Assembly: GCA_963662315.1 (NCBI GenBank)
Contig: OY759353.1
Coordinates: 2,464,001-2,528,000 of the forward strand
DNA: 64,000 nt
Origin: Geopsychrobacteraceae bacterium
GTDB taxonomy: Bacteria > Desulfobacterota > Desulfuromonadia > Desulfuromonadales > Geopsychrobacteraceae
Direction of reading: 5' to 3'
Made by a program: the position numbers and the translations under genes. Below the pieces are notes generated by a model. That model was not told the origin of the DNA. It worked only from the letters and a program-made list of their open reading frames with translations, and searched no databases. Positions within the stretch are counted from its first letter, which is position 1. Each line of letters begins with the position of its first letter. Below, one piece after another: positions 39,368 to 50,191 of this stretch.

Positions 39368-41872
39368 TCAGAGGACAATACCCGTTTTGCGTACATTCAT
39401 TCTACGCACCGTTTCAACATCAGTCTCCAGAAGATAGGCAGCGATCAGCAATGGACTCCCCTTGACCAACTCCAGAAGCAGCTCCCCATCCTCAAGCTGC
39501 ATACTGAGAACATCTGAGCGCAGATCGATCTTTTCTTCCTTATTTTTTTTCTTCCTGGTCGTCAGCACCTCAGATGCGCCCATAAAAGCCGCCATGCGCT
39601 CTGGTAATGGACCCGTAGCAACGCCATCCACAGAAATCCGATAATAACTGGCCTTGACCGCCGCCGAGGGAGAAGGGGATTTCCAGGGAATTTGTTCAGC
39701 ACTAAGCACTTTAAAACCTTCGGGCAGCTGCTCATTAAGAGCAGTAACCAGAGTGCCGAGAGCGACAGGATAATGCAGCTCCATATCAATCAACTCAGCT
39801 TCACTGGCCACCCCCATCGGCAATGCTTCAAGAAATGAGATCTTAGGTACGGGATGAAAGCCCTGGGAAAAACGCACCGGCAGATCCGCCCTGCGCACGG
39901 CCCGATGGAACATTTTCAGATATTCCAAGTGAGCAACCATACGACCGCGCCCCAGCTTGCTGACCACCAGACGCACCCGGGTCAACTCTTGCGCTTTAGC
40001 AATTCCATCGTTTTGAGCTGGGAGAGTTGGTGCCTTGAGATCACAGGATGTGACCGTCCTCACCTTCAGCTTATCGAAGTCACAGACACCGCAACCATGA
40101 CACTGTCCACCCCGACAATCAATAGTGGCCGCTTCGGCAAGTGCCTTGCGCCATTCAGAGCGGAAGAAATCTTTCGGCAGACCACAATCGATATGATCCC
40201 AGGGCAGAATCTCCTCGACATCACGCTCCCTGAGATACCACACAGGGTCGATACCGCAGTCGGAAAAAGCCTGTTGCCAGAGGGCGAAATTGAAATGCTC
40301 ACGCCAGCCATCAAAGCGGCAGCCCAAAGCCACTGCGCGCTTAAGAACTGCCCCCAGGCGACGGTCCCCGCGGGCAAAGACACCTTCCATAAAGGACTGT
40401 TCAGCCTCATGATATTTAAAGCGCAGCTTCTTTTTGCGCAATCCATCACGCAACAGAAGCTGACGCCGATGGGTTTCTTCCATTGAAATCTGGGCCTGCC
40501 ACTGAAATGGCGTATGGGGCTTGGGTACGAAGGTCGAGACAGCAACATTGACATCATTGCCACCAGTCCCTCTGCCGCTGTACTTTACCTTGGAAGCAAG
40601 GTCGATAATCGCCTCAAGATCAGCATCCTCTTCGGTCGGTAACCCCATCATAAAGTAGAGCTTAATCAGGCGCCAGCCGAGCCGATACGCATTGCCGGTT
40701 GTTTCCAGCAAGTCCTCGGCACTAATCCCTTTATTTATGACCTTGCGCAGCCGTTCACTCCCCGCTTCGGGTGCCAGAGTAAAACCGGTTTTGCGCACCT
40801 TTTTAACCTCTTCCATCAATTCGGGCGTCAGAGAACCGACCCGCAGACTCGGCAACGATACCGCAACCCGATCATCGGCGTGCTCAGTCATCAATTCTTT
40901 CAGCAACGGCTCAATACAGGTGTAATCACCGGTCGACAAAGAGAGCAGTGAAACCTCCTCAAAACCCGAGTTGGTCAAAGCAGCATTAACAAGCGAACGA
41001 ATCGTCTCTGGTGACCGCTCCCGCACCGGACGGTAAACATATCCCGCCTGACAGAAACGACAGCCACGCGTACAACCCCGGGCAATTTCCATCGCCACCC
41101 GGTTATGCACCGTATCCATAAACGGAATCAAAGGTCGGGTCGGAAACGGAGCGCTTTCCAGATCCTCCAGGAAACGCCGTCTCACTGTCCGGCGCTCACC
41201 ATGACAGGGCTCAATCTTTGCAACCCGACCGTCAGCGGAGTAACTGACAGAAAAAAAGGAAGGGACATAAAACCCTTCACAGGCAGCCAAAGCCTCCAGC
41301 AACTGCAGCTTAGCCCACCCCTCCCGCTTTGCCTGCGAACACAGGGACACCAGTTCGACAACCGCCTCTTCTCCATCGCCGATCAAAGCAACATCAATAA
41401 AATCACTTAAGGGTTCAGGATTATAGGCACAGGGCCCACCGACAACGACCAGAGGGTGATCCTCACTACGTTCCGCACGCAGCAACGGGATGCCGCCAAG
41501 CTCCATCATCATCAGCAGGTTGGTGTAACTCAATTCGTACTGCAAGGTAAATCCGACAATATCAAAGGTGCCCAGAGGCCGGGTTGTTTCTAGTGAGCAC
41601 AGCAGTTGACCATCATTGCGCAAACGCTCTTCCATGTCGGGCCAGGGAGCATAAACCCGCTCCGCCGCAACGCGCTGGAGTCCATTCAAAATATTGTACA
41701 ATATCGGAAACCCGATATGACTCATGCCAACTTCGTAAACATCCGGAAACGCCAACGCCATCCGGATATCAACGGCCCCATCCGGCTTGACAATACTCCC
41801 CAACTCCCCACCCAGATAACGAGAAGGGCGGCTCACCTGAGTCAGCGCAGACGCATAATATTTTTCTGACAT
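39368..41872 (-). CDS. TIGR03960-type B12-binding radical SAM protein fused to a DUF2344/TIGR03936-type domain
   Basis: FPDVYEVGMSH, RGCTRGCRFC, TLAPEAGSERLR, CHGCGVC; C-terminal FSQGFHPVPKISF. Confidence 0.9.
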   Translation of the reverse strand: MSEKYYASALTQVSRPSRYLGGELGSIVKPDGAVDIRMALAFPDVYEVGMSHIGFPILYNILNGLQRVAAERVYAPWPDMEERLRNDGQLLCSLETTRPLGTFDIVGFTLQYELSYTNLLMMMELGGIPLLRAERSEDHPLVVVGGPCAYNPEPLSDFIDVALIGDGEEAVVELVSLCSQAKREGWAKLQLLEALAACEGFYVPSFFSVSYSADGRVAKIEPCHGERRTVRRRFLEDLESAPFPTRPLIPFMDTVHNRVAMEIARGCTRGCRFCQAGYVYRPVRERSPETIRSLVNAALTNSGFEEVSLLSLSTGDYTCIEPLLKELMTEHADDRVAVSLPSLRVGSLTPELMEEVKKVRKTGFTLAPEAGSERLRKVINKGISAEDLLETTGNAYRLGWRLIKLYFMMGLPTEEDADLEAIIDLASKVKYSGRGTGGNDVNVAVSTFVPKPHTPFQWQAQISMEETHRRQLLLRDGLRKKKLRFKYHEAEQSFMEGVFARGDRRLGAVLKRAVALGCRFDGWREHFNFALWQQAFSDCGIDPVWYLRERDVEEILPWDHIDCGLPKDFFRSEWRKALAEAATIDCRGGQCHGCGVCDFDKLKVRTVTSCDLKAPTLPAQNDGIAKAQELTRVRLVVSKLGRGRMVAHLEYLKMFHRAVRRADLPVRFSQGFHPVPKISFLEALPMGVASEAELIDMELHYPVALGTLVTALNEQLPEGFKVLSAEQIPWKSPSPSAAVKASYYRISVDGVATGPLPERMAAFMGASEVLTTRKKKNKEEKIDLRSDVLSMQLEDGELLLELVKGSPLLIAAYLLETDVETVRRMNVRKTGIVL

Positions 41873-42027
41873 AAAAATCCGTATTTTATTTAAGTATGTT
41901 GCTGTAAAAAACAACCATCAAGAAACACAACCAAAGACACGTCCCATAAGCAGACGAAAGGGGCTCAACCTAGCATCGTTAACAGTCTAAAACAAGGATC
42001 ATTATGACATGTTTGCCAATCTGGGCA

Positions 42028-42321
42028 CTACCCCTTGCCACACCATAAATCAGCATCATAAAACTGTTCACGTAATCGTTCTTCAGGGTATTGCTGATAA
42101 AACTGAACTTTTGAAAAATCATACTGGTAATCTTGCAAATATACACTGACAACCTTGTAAGCCTCTGTGATCCGGCGAATATCGTCATTATCCGCCGCAG
42201 CACCATGATCAGGATGATGTAACTTCACCAGAGTCCGATAGCGCTCCTTAACATCCCTGGCCGTCATTTTTTGGGTCAGCCCCAACTCGCGGATCGCCGC
42301 TTCCAGTTCCTGAAATCGCAT
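42028..42321 (-). CDS. Small J-domain (DnaJ-type) protein
   Basis: VKERYRTLVKLHHPD...ITEAYKV; HPD motif intact. Confidence 0.85.
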   Translation of the reverse strand: MRFQELEAAIRELGLTQKMTARDVKERYRTLVKLHHPDHGAAADNDDIRRITEAYKVVSVYLQDYQYDFSKVQFYQQYPEERLREQFYDADLWCGKG

Positions 42322-42538
42322 AATCACCGCCTAAACAATATTAAAATAAAGGTAAACAACCAATACACTATCACAGTTCGCCAAAATGCAGACACAGCAT
42401 TTGCCCCAGTTATTGCAAAGGCATTAAATATAAACAACGGACAGTAAGCTGCCTGACTTCTTATGCTCTCACTGACATTGACAGCTGAGGAACTTTCAGC
42501 ATAGGATACCGCTTTTCAAGACTCCAGGGGGGTTTAGC

Positions 42539-43894
42539 ATGGCACGCCAGAAGACCATTTACACCTGCCAGAACTGTGGCTTTCAAAGCCCGAAATGGAT
42601 GGGCCGCTGCTCGGACTGCCAACAATGGAATAGCTTTGTTGAAGAATTGCCGGTCGCCACATCAAACCACAGTCACAGTCTAGCGGAACCGGGCAGACCT
42701 CTTAAACTATCAGAAGTCAACAGTCGAGAAGAAGATCGCATCAGCTGCGGCATCAGCGAACTGAATCGCACCCTCGGCGGTGGTGTCGTTCCAGGTTCCC
42801 TTATTTTAGTCGGCGGAGATCCTGGCATTGGCAAGTCGACCCTGCTCCTGCAGGCCTTCGCCAGCCTGGCCGAAAAAGGACCGGCTTTGTACGTAACAGC
42901 TGAAGAATCCGCCCGTCAGGTCAAATTGCGCGCCGAACGGCTCGGGATCCGCATTGACAATCTTTATCTGCTGGCGGAAACCTCCCTGACCCAAATCAGA
43001 CAGAGGATCAAAGAACTAAAGCCCGACTTTCTGGTTATTGACTCCATCCAGACCATTTTTTCTGATGCCCTGGAATCGGCTCCGGGCAGCGTCAGCCAGG
43101 TCAGAGAATGCACCGGACAGCTCATGCTGCAAGCCAAAGGCGATAATCTGCCAACCTTTCTGGTCGGACATGTCACCAAAGATGGTGCCATCGCAGGGCC
43201 CCGTGTACTGGAACACATGGTTGATACCGTCCTCTATTTTGAAGGAAGTGCCGGGCACCCGTACCGCATACTGAGAGCTGTAAAAAACCGCTTTGGCTCA
43301 ACCAATGAAATAGGCGTTTTTGAAATGCAGGAACAGGGTCTGCGCGAGGTCAGCAACCCGTCAGAACTATTTCTTGCCGAGCGCCCCGAACAAAGTGCAG
43401 GCAGTGCCGTAGTTCCGGCACTTGAAGGAAGCCGGCCCATCCTGGTTGAACTGCAAGCCCTGGTTTCGGGAAGTTCCTTCGGGACCCCCCAACGGACTGC
43501 GATCGGCATCGATCATAAACGCGTTGCCCTGCTCATTGCGATTCTGGAGAAAAAAGTAGAACTGGCCTTGTCAGGACAGGACATTTTCCTGAATGTCGCT
43601 GGCGGCGTCAGGCTTGATGAACCCGCCGTCGACCTGGCAGCCGTTTGTGCCCTGGCATCGAGTCACCTGAATCGGGTTATCAACCCGCATCTGGTCATGT
43701 TTGGAGAGGTCGGGCTTACCGGAGAAGTACGAGCCGTCTCGCAGCCTGAACTGCGGGTCAAAGAAGCAGCGCGTCTTGGATTCACACAGTGCCTGCTGCC
43801 TTATGGTAACTTGAAGAACATTGATGTACCCAAAACCATTGAACTGATTGCAATTAAGCATGCAAGTGAGGCACTTGACCATATTTTCAAATAA
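42539..43894 (+). CDS. radA: DNA repair protein RadA/Sms
   Basis: C4 zinc finger, GGDPGIGKST, KNRFG. Confidence 0.97.
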   Translation: MARQKTIYTCQNCGFQSPKWMGRCSDCQQWNSFVEELPVATSNHSHSLAEPGRPLKLSEVNSREEDRISCGISELNRTLGGGVVPGSLILVGGDPGIGKSTLLLQAFASLAEKGPALYVTAEESARQVKLRAERLGIRIDNLYLLAETSLTQIRQRIKELKPDFLVIDSIQTIFSDALESAPGSVSQVRECTGQLMLQAKGDNLPTFLVGHVTKDGAIAGPRVLEHMVDTVLYFEGSAGHPYRILRAVKNRFGSTNEIGVFEMQEQGLREVSNPSELFLAERPEQSAGSAVVPALEGSRPILVELQALVSGSSFGTPQRTAIGIDHKRVALLIAILEKKVELALSGQDIFLNVAGGVRLDEPAVDLAAVCALASSHLNRVINPHLVMFGEVGLTGEVRAVSQPELRVKEAARLGFTQCLLPYGNLKNIDVPKTIELIAIKHASEALDHIFK

Positions 43895-43982
43895 ATGAAG
43901 CATTATTGGCAAAAATGTTAAAATCTGCTAAATTCTCCTGACAAGGAGTTGCAGGTAATTATTTCTTACAGATTGGCGGATT

Positions 43983-44504
43983 ATGGAACCAACCATCTTC
44001 AGGATACGCAAGTCATTTCTGCTACCCCTCGGGCTTACCGTCCTGCTTAGCTTTGTCCTGCTTAGCAGCTCCCTCTACCTGCATTTACCCAAAGCAAAAA
44101 TCGTTATCCTTGGCATGTTTTTTCTCCCGGCCTGCGCCTTTTTTGCCGAAAGCCTGATACGCAAAGTCTATCTGGCCGACGATTCCATCAGGGTCAAAAA
44201 ATTACTGCGCAGCAAACTGCTCAAATTTAACGAGCTGACTGCAGTCGACACTATACTGGTCAGGAAACGCGCCTTTTTAAGCCTGAGCAGTGAAAATGAT
44301 TTCATTATCATATCGAATAGCTATGAGAACTTTGGTCAACTTTTACAAAAACTGGTAACCCAACTACCCGCCGACATTGTCAGCGATGAGACTAAACGAC
44401 TGGCTGAAAAACCACCGCAAAAAGGTAGTGATATTTTCTCCGTCTGGCTGGCCGTTGCCGTTTTGGCATTGATTATTTACGTTCAGCTCAGAGGCCTATT
44501 CTGA
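43983..44504 (+). CDS. Membrane protein with bacterial PH-like domain
   Basis: Two TMs, beta-rich middle, C-terminal TM; lies between radA and dksA. Confidence 0.65.
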   Translation: MEPTIFRIRKSFLLPLGLTVLLSFVLLSSSLYLHLPKAKIVILGMFFLPACAFFAESLIRKVYLADDSIRVKKLLRSKLLKFNELTAVDTILVRKRAFLSLSSENDFIIISNSYENFGQLLQKLVTQLPADIVSDETKRLAEKPPQKGSDIFSVWLAVAVLALIIYVQLRGLF

Positions 44505-44541
44505 CCCTGCACCTGCAGACCATGTATATAAGGACGGACCT

Positions 44542-44898
44542 ATGGATAACACAACTTTGGAACAATTCAGAAAACTCCTCAATGATCAACTTGCAGCTCT
44601 GCACCAGGATGCCGACAAGACGGTTTCCGACATGAACGAAGAGAACCCTAACTTCCCTGATCCCACCGACCGCGCATCGCTTGAATCAGATCGTAATTTC
44701 GAACTGAGAATCAGAGATCGCGAACGCAAGCTGATCATCAAGATCAAACAGGCTCTGGAGCGTATTGATGAGGGAACTTTCGGATTATGTGAGAGCTGTG
44801 AAGAAGAAATCGGGACTGAGCGCCTGCGCGCGCGCCCAGTAACAACCCTGTGCATTGACTGCAAAACAGAGCAGGAACGTCAGGAGAAGATCGGATAA
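44542..44898 (+). CDS. dksA: RNA polymerase-binding protein DksA
   Basis: PDPTDRA (DxxDxA), RDRERKL, CESC...CIDC. Confidence 0.95.
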   Translation: MDNTTLEQFRKLLNDQLAALHQDADKTVSDMNEENPNFPDPTDRASLESDRNFELRIRDRERKLIIKIKQALERIDEGTFGLCESCEEEIGTERLRARPVTTLCIDCKTEQERQEKIG

Positions 44899-44991
44899 CC
44901 GACTCCGCCCTGGACATTAGCTGATTTGTTGTGGCGATCCTGCGGCTTGCTATCGCCACAACAAAACCTTCAGGGGAGCCGTTGTCGAACA

Positions 44992-45213
44992 CTAAGAGAC
45001 TTCTGGCCACGGAGCACGCCGTTCAATACCGGAGTACACAGTATCAAAACAATATCCACGCAATTTTACCGCAGAGCTGAAGATATCAACCCAGCCATCA
45101 CTGCGGCAAAAGCTTCTGATTTTTTCAGTTGCGATGAGGATATCCAGCACATCGTTACCGACCTTCCCCCGACTGCCATCCAGATAAACAACCTCTATAA
45201 GGGCTGAATGCAT
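44992..45213 (-). CDS. GSU3473-family small protein
   Basis: LIEVVYLDG...LDILI...IRSFCRSDGWV...ERR. Confidence 0.7.
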   Translation of the reverse strand: MHSALIEVVYLDGSRGKVGNDVLDILIATEKIRSFCRSDGWVDIFSSAVKLRGYCFDTVYSGIERRAPWPEVS

Positions 45214-45468
45214 GGTAAACTCCTTGTCTGTCTTCTCGTAACAATTGTACTTAACTTAAGATCAGCCATGACGCATTTAGCAAAACAATACCGTTCCGGA
45301 AAGGATGATCTGGAACACTTCACTAAAGAATAGCTTAAAACCCTGATCTTCACATGAACTTGATTGTTTTTTCCTGTCATCCGTTGTATTTTTACATTCT
45401 GTTTCAACCAACCCAAACTTTCAGCTACCCAGTTCAAAATATATCTTGTCCCAGTAATGGAGGAATAA

Positions 45469-45690
45469 ATGTTTGGCTTAGGAACTCAAGAACTCTTAAT
45501 CATTCTAGTCCTGGTAATGATTGTGTTTGGCGCCGGAAAACTCCCGCAGGTAGGTGGGGCTCTAGGCAAAGGACTACGCAACTTTAAAAAGGGTATGAAT
45601 GACTCTCCAGAAGAAGAGATCGAAGAAGGAGAAATTTCAGAGCTCTCTGACAAAAACGCCAAACAGGACAACGATAAGAAAAATTCATGA
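45469..45690 (+). CDS. tatA: Twin-arginine translocase TatA/E
   Basis: MFGLGTQELLIILV..FGAGKLPQVGGALGKGLRNFKK. Confidence 0.96.
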   Translation: MFGLGTQELLIILVLVMIVFGAGKLPQVGGALGKGLRNFKKGMNDSPEEEIEEGEISELSDKNAKQDNDKKNS

Positions 45691-45936
45691 TGCTCTGCGT
45701 GCAGAATCTCAAGGCCATCTTCTAGCGCCCTGAGATTCTGCAGTCGACCAACGGTCTGCAATATCTTCCACGACAACACTGCTGCAGGCTCTCCTTTTGG
45801 TAACTAAATCTGGCAACTGAAGAAGCAAAAGTCATCTAACAATCAGCGCATCCCGTTTGTACCAACACCTTAGACTATGGTATTTCTGACCTAATCAGCA
45901 TTCCGCAAATAAAATCAGCTTTAATGGAGATCCAAT

Positions 45937-46914
45937 ATGACCAAAGCTCTAGGCCTTGTTTCAGGGGGCCTTGACAGCAGCCTTGCTGTCCTGACGTTAA
46001 AACGGCAGGGTGTAGATGTGACAGGCATTGCCTTTGTCACCCCGTTCTTCAATGCGGACAAAGCCATTGCCTCAGCGAAAACCCTGGACTTCCCTCTGAT
46101 CGTTGAAGATATCAGTAACATCCATCTGGATGTACTTAAAGCGCCCAAATACGGCTACGGGCGCAACATGAATCCCTGCATCGACTGCCATGCCCTGATG
46201 TTTAGACTTGCAGGAGAACGGATGCAACAGGGCGGCTTTGACCTGCTCTTTTCCGGCGAAGTGCTGGGCCAACGGCCAATGAGCCAAAATGCCAATGCGC
46301 TACGCTCGGTAGCAAACCTATCAGGTTTTCCCGAGCGGGTTCTGCGCCCACTCAGCGCTAAACTGCTCCCTGAAACGATCATGGAAAAAGAAGGGCTGGT
46401 CGACCGCGATCAACTCCTCGACATTCAAGGTCGATCACGCAAACGCCAGCAGACCTATGCCAAAGAGTGGGGTTATCATAATTACCCCGCTTCAGCGGGA
46501 GGCTGTTTGCTGACAGAAGAAGGATTTTCCAACCAGCTAAGAGATTTGCTTACCCATAACAGCGCAGCAACAGTCAATGACATTGAACTATTGAAAGCGG
46601 GCCGCCAGTTTCGTCTGTCGCCCCAGGCAAAGCTGGTTCTAGGCCGCAACAAAGAGGATAATGACCAGATCCAGCAATTAGCCCAGCCTGAACATATTGT
46701 CATGCGCTGCGCCAATTTCAGCGGCCCGCTCGGGATCTATTGTGGTCCTGTGGATGGAGAAGAGTTGATCCTTGCAGCTGGAATACTTGCATCCTACGGC
46801 AAGGGGAAGGATGAGGCAGAAATTGAGGTCCTAACGATTCAGAGTGACATGGAAAACGTTATCAAGGTTTCCCCTACATCAAGAGAAACATCACAAAAAT
46901 ACATCCTGCGCTGA
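45937..46914 (+). CDS. ThiI/MnmA-like PP-loop tRNA sulfurtransferase with C-terminal DUF814/NFACT-R-like domain
   Basis: SGGLDS, NPCIDCH, GEVLGQRPMSQ, LRPLSAK, AGGCLLT, GRNKEDN. Confidence 0.8.
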   Translation: MTKALGLVSGGLDSSLAVLTLKRQGVDVTGIAFVTPFFNADKAIASAKTLDFPLIVEDISNIHLDVLKAPKYGYGRNMNPCIDCHALMFRLAGERMQQGGFDLLFSGEVLGQRPMSQNANALRSVANLSGFPERVLRPLSAKLLPETIMEKEGLVDRDQLLDIQGRSRKRQQTYAKEWGYHNYPASAGGCLLTEEGFSNQLRDLLTHNSAATVNDIELLKAGRQFRLSPQAKLVLGRNKEDNDQIQQLAQPEHIVMRCANFSGPLGIYCGPVDGEELILAAGILASYGKGKDEAEIEVLTIQSDMENVIKVSPTSRETSQKYILR

Positions 46915-46956
46915 GTCGCCTCCAAATCATGCAGCCATTTCAAATTTGAAATGACT

Positions 46957-46996
46957 AAAAAAAATCCCCGCCGAGAACCTCGGCGGGGATTTTTTT
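46957..46996. terminator. Bidirectional terminator (groEL / sulfurtransferase)
   Basis: A8-TCCCCGCCGAG-AAC-CTCGGCGGGGA-T7. Confidence 0.9.
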
Positions 46997-47011
46997 GGCC
47001 AAAGGCAGAAA

Positions 47012-48667
<1,656 letters not shown>

Positions 48668-48772
48668 TCAATAATTTTTAAATTTATTTAAAGATTAAAA
48701 TTACCTGTCTAAGCCTGCGCTGCTTCGCCAGCACGCCTGCACATGTACAGGCAACAAGCTACTTCCCGGATA

Positions 48773-49063
48773 TTACTCGACGATGCCGAGGATATCGTCT
48801 TCACGCATAATCAGGTACTCTTTACCGTCAATCTTGATCTCACTACCGGCATATTTACCGAACAGAACACGATCACCTTCTTTAACATCCAGAGGCAGAA
48901 CCTTGCCCTCAGCAGTTACCTTACCTTTACCTGCAGCAATAACTTTACCTTCCTGAGGTTTCTCTTTGGAAACAGTATCAGGAATAATAATACCGCCAGC
49001 GGTCTTGGTTTCTTCTTCAACACGCTCAACGATGATACGATCTTGCAACGGTCTGATGTTCAT
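48773..49063 (-). CDS. groS: Co-chaperonin GroES
   Basis: [19 protein letters not shown]. Confidence 0.99.
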   Translation of the reverse strand: MNIRPLQDRIIVERVEEETKTAGGIIIPDTVSKEKPQEGKVIAAGKGKVTAEGKVLPLDVKEGDRVLFGKYAGSEIKIDGKEYLIMREDDILGIVE

Positions 49064-49163
49064 TCTGAAAATCTCCTTTCACATCCATTAATCTGGCCGA
49101 TGGCCGTTATAGTTGGTATGTTTGAAGGCTGGTTATCCGGAACCGGTCCGATCCCAAGCCTTG

Positions 49164-49190
49164 TTAGCACTCATAGCCGCCGAGTGCTAA
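49164..49190. promoter_or_regulatory. CIRCE element (HrcA operator)
   Basis: TTAGCACTC-N9-GAGTGCTAA perfect match upstream of groES; TTGACA on the minus strand at 49227-49222. Confidence 0.97.
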
Positions 49191-49484
49191 CAAGGCCACA
49201 TAATAATAACCATATTAAGATTGTCAAGTAATTTTTCACGAGCCAAACCACTCAGAAGCCCACTGTTTCCAGACTCACTGCAGCAATATAGGATAAAGCA
49301 CTTATCCGGGCCCCTTACAAAAGTCCGCTTCCCCTCCAAAACCGCGCCCCGAACCTGCCTCAACCCTCTGCCGGACAGCCGTAATTTAAATACCGGAACC
49401 CCATTGACTTTTGGATTAATGTTAGCTATACGAGTTATAGATAACGGTATTTTATTTTAAATAAACTTATGCGCAGGACTTTTA

Positions 49485-50045
49485 ATGGAATTCAATATTG
49501 GTCAAAAAATCAAGGCGTTAAGAAAAGGAAGAAAACTCACGCTTCAAGATGTCGCCAATGAAATCGGCTTCTCTCCAGCGCTCATATCACAGATAGAAAA
49601 TAACAACGTTTCTCCGCCTATCGCAACCTTGTCAAAAATTGCCCGTTTTTTTGATGTTAAAATGAGCCATTTTTTCGAAGACACGGAAAGCAGCATCCCA
49701 TATGAGATTGTCCGCATCAAAGACCGTCGCCAAATCAGCCGTGTCATTTCTGCCATTGGCACCAACCATGGCTACACCTACGAAGCGCTCAGTTATCGCA
49801 AACATAGCAAGAAGATGGAGCCTTTTTTACTGACCATTAACGAGCGAGCCGCAGAAGAAACACTGTATAGCCACGAGGGGGAAGAATTCCTGCTCATCAT
49901 GGAAGGTACTGCTGAAATCCTCCTCGACAACGAACGCTTTATCTTAAACGCCGGGGATGCCGTCTACCTTGACTCTTCAGTCAAACACCGCTTATTACTA
50001 AAAGAAGATCGCCCCATTCAGGTGTTAGCGGTCGTTACACGCTAA
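49485..50045 (+). CDS. XRE-family HTH plus cupin transcriptional regulator
   Basis: LTLQDVA..GFSPALISQIENN..SPPIATL; HEGEEF cupin motif. Confidence 0.92.
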   Translation: MEFNIGQKIKALRKGRKLTLQDVANEIGFSPALISQIENNNVSPPIATLSKIARFFDVKMSHFFEDTESSIPYEIVRIKDRRQISRVISAIGTNHGYTYEALSYRKHSKKMEPFLLTINERAAEETLYSHEGEEFLLIMEGTAEILLDNERFILNAGDAVYLDSSVKHRLLLKEDRPIQVLAVVTR

Positions 50046-50191
50046 TAATTTTTTGTAACCGGCATATTTCAGCAACTGACCGGCATTCATAATTTTCCGG
50101 TTTTCTGTTTATAATCCCCGCTGGAAATTTCAATCGTAACCAAACCGTTTGAAAAGACAAAACGCAGATCTGAGAGAAGGGCAATAACATC

